Part shown: piece after piece, positions 25,321-26,266 of the stretch
Position numbering within the stretch: the stretch's first letter is position 1
How the letters are laid out: each line of letters opens with the position of its first letter
IMG/VR virus record: IMGVR_UViG_3300020042_001918
Span: 1-26,266 of that record
Direction: 5' to 3' (one strand)
Source: a virus
Taxonomy: Duplodnaviria > Caudoviricetes
Length of the DNA: 26,266 nt
The notes under the pieces: model-generated
What the model saw: the letters and a program-made list of their open reading frames with translations, nothing else
Databases searched by the model: none
What the model was told of the DNA's origin: nothing
Made by a program: the position numbers and the translations under genes

Positions 25321-26266
25321 AATGCCAATAGACCAAGATGCTGATCGCTTCATTGCAGGCTCGCGCATGAAAGATGATGGCGGTCTAGAAGTAGATATGC
25401 CTGAAGAGATGGATGATGTTGAAGAGTTAGAGGATGGCTCTGCTGTTGTGACTCTTGAGGATTTCAAAGGCCCAGAAGAGGATGATGACTTCTATAGCAA
25501 CCTTGCTGAAACTATAAACATCATTGATCTAGAGAAGATTGCATTGCGATACCTTGACTTAATTGAAAAGGATCGTGAGGCTCGTGAGAAGCGAGACAAG
25601 CAGTATGAAGAGGGTTTAAAGCGTACTGGCTTGGGTGATGATGCCCCAGGTGGCGCTCAGTTCATGGGTGCATCTAAGGTAGTTCACCCCATCATGGCTG
25701 AAGCCTGCGTGGACTTTGCCGCTCGTGCCATCAAGGAAATGTTCCCCCCTGACGGCCCGACTCGCACTAAGATTTTGGGCGATGTGACTGATGAGAAGAC
25801 TGAAGTTGCAGAGCGCAAGCGCGACTACATGAACTGGCAGTTGACTGAGCAGATTGAAGAGTTCAGAGATGAGCAAGAGCAGTTGCTGACTCAGTTGCCT
25901 TTGGGCGGCTCACAGTTTATGAAGATTTGGTATGACGACAAAAAGCGCCGACCTTGTGCTGAGTTTGTTGCCATTGACAATATTCTTTTGCCATTCTCTG
26001 CCGCTAACTTCTACACCGCCCAGCGAGTGACTGAGCAGCAAGACATTACGGGTTGGGAGATGGATCAGCGCATGGATCGGGGTTTATACCGAGACATCAA
26101 CCTCATTCGCGCCACCTCTGAGCCAGAGCAGACTAAGGCTGAGAAAGCCAATGAGAAGATTGAGGGTAAATCCTATGGTGACAATGAAGATGGCCTGCGC
26201 CGTGTCTACCACATCTACACTTGGCTGACCATTGATGATGATAGCAAAACTGAGGGAGAGTCTGCT
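25313..26266 (+). CDS. Portal protein (3' end lies outside the window)
   Basis: AAGGA RBS and ATG 25313, open to the window end. Translated by hand: acidic N-terminus, FYSNLAE, GASKVVHPIMAEACVDFAARAIKEMFP, YMNWQL and LPLGGSQFMKIWYD, typical of podovirus-type portals. Confidence 0.85.
   Translation, partial: MPEMPIDQDADRFIAGSRMKDDGGLEVDMPEEMDDVEELEDGSAVVTLEDFKGPEEDDDFYSNLAETINIIDLEKIALRYLDLIEKDREAREKRDKQYEEGLKRTGLGDDAPGGAQFMGASKVVHPIMAEACVDFAARAIKEMFPPDGPTRTKILGDVTDEKTEVAERKRDYMNWQLTEQIEEFRDEQEQLLTQLPLGGSQFMKIWYDDKKRRPCAEFVAIDNILLPFSAANFYTAQRVTEQQDITGWEMDQRMDRGLYRDINLIRATSEPEQTKAEKANEKIEGKSYGDNEDGLRRVYHIYTWLTIDDDSKTEGESA

Noticed and set aside
1-26266. tRNA, rRNA, integrase or IS elements
   Set aside because: None recognised by eye; intergenic spaces are short. 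A tRNAscan/Rfam run would be needed to exclude small RNAs formally.

Overview
A 26-kb segment of a tailed dsDNA phage genome (Caudoviricetes; podovirus-like inferred from the ejection-type proteins and portal type; host not determinable from the sequence). In order it contains: (1) the end of a rightward virion/ejection operon, including a frameshifted lytic transglycosylase and a rho-independent terminator; (2) a leftward early operon with an SSB-like protein and a PD-(D/E)xK exonuclease; (3) back-to-back sigma70-like promoters; (4) a rightward replication operon (Cro-like HTH, DUF1376/YdaU initiator with iteron-like repeats, primase Zn-finger-only protein, SF4 helicase, RusA, a long C5 methyltransferase, HNH-like protein); (5) a 2-kb cluster of small genes almost devoid of CG dinucleotides; (6) terS, terL, a 2799-aa gene and the 5' part of the portal. 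The most striking element is the 2799-aa modular 'polyvalent' protein between terL and portal. Its modules (two PcfJ-like repeats, an SGNH hydrolase, an ADP-ribosyltransferase-like domain and unknown domains) are separated by a regularly spaced GG-x6-GG motif that also occurs in another virion protein, suggesting a processed or capsid-targeted cargo polyprotein. Also notable are an overprinted +1-frame gene inside a multi-TRD methyltransferase and the extreme regional CpG avoidance. All family assignments come from recognising motifs by eye, not from database searches.
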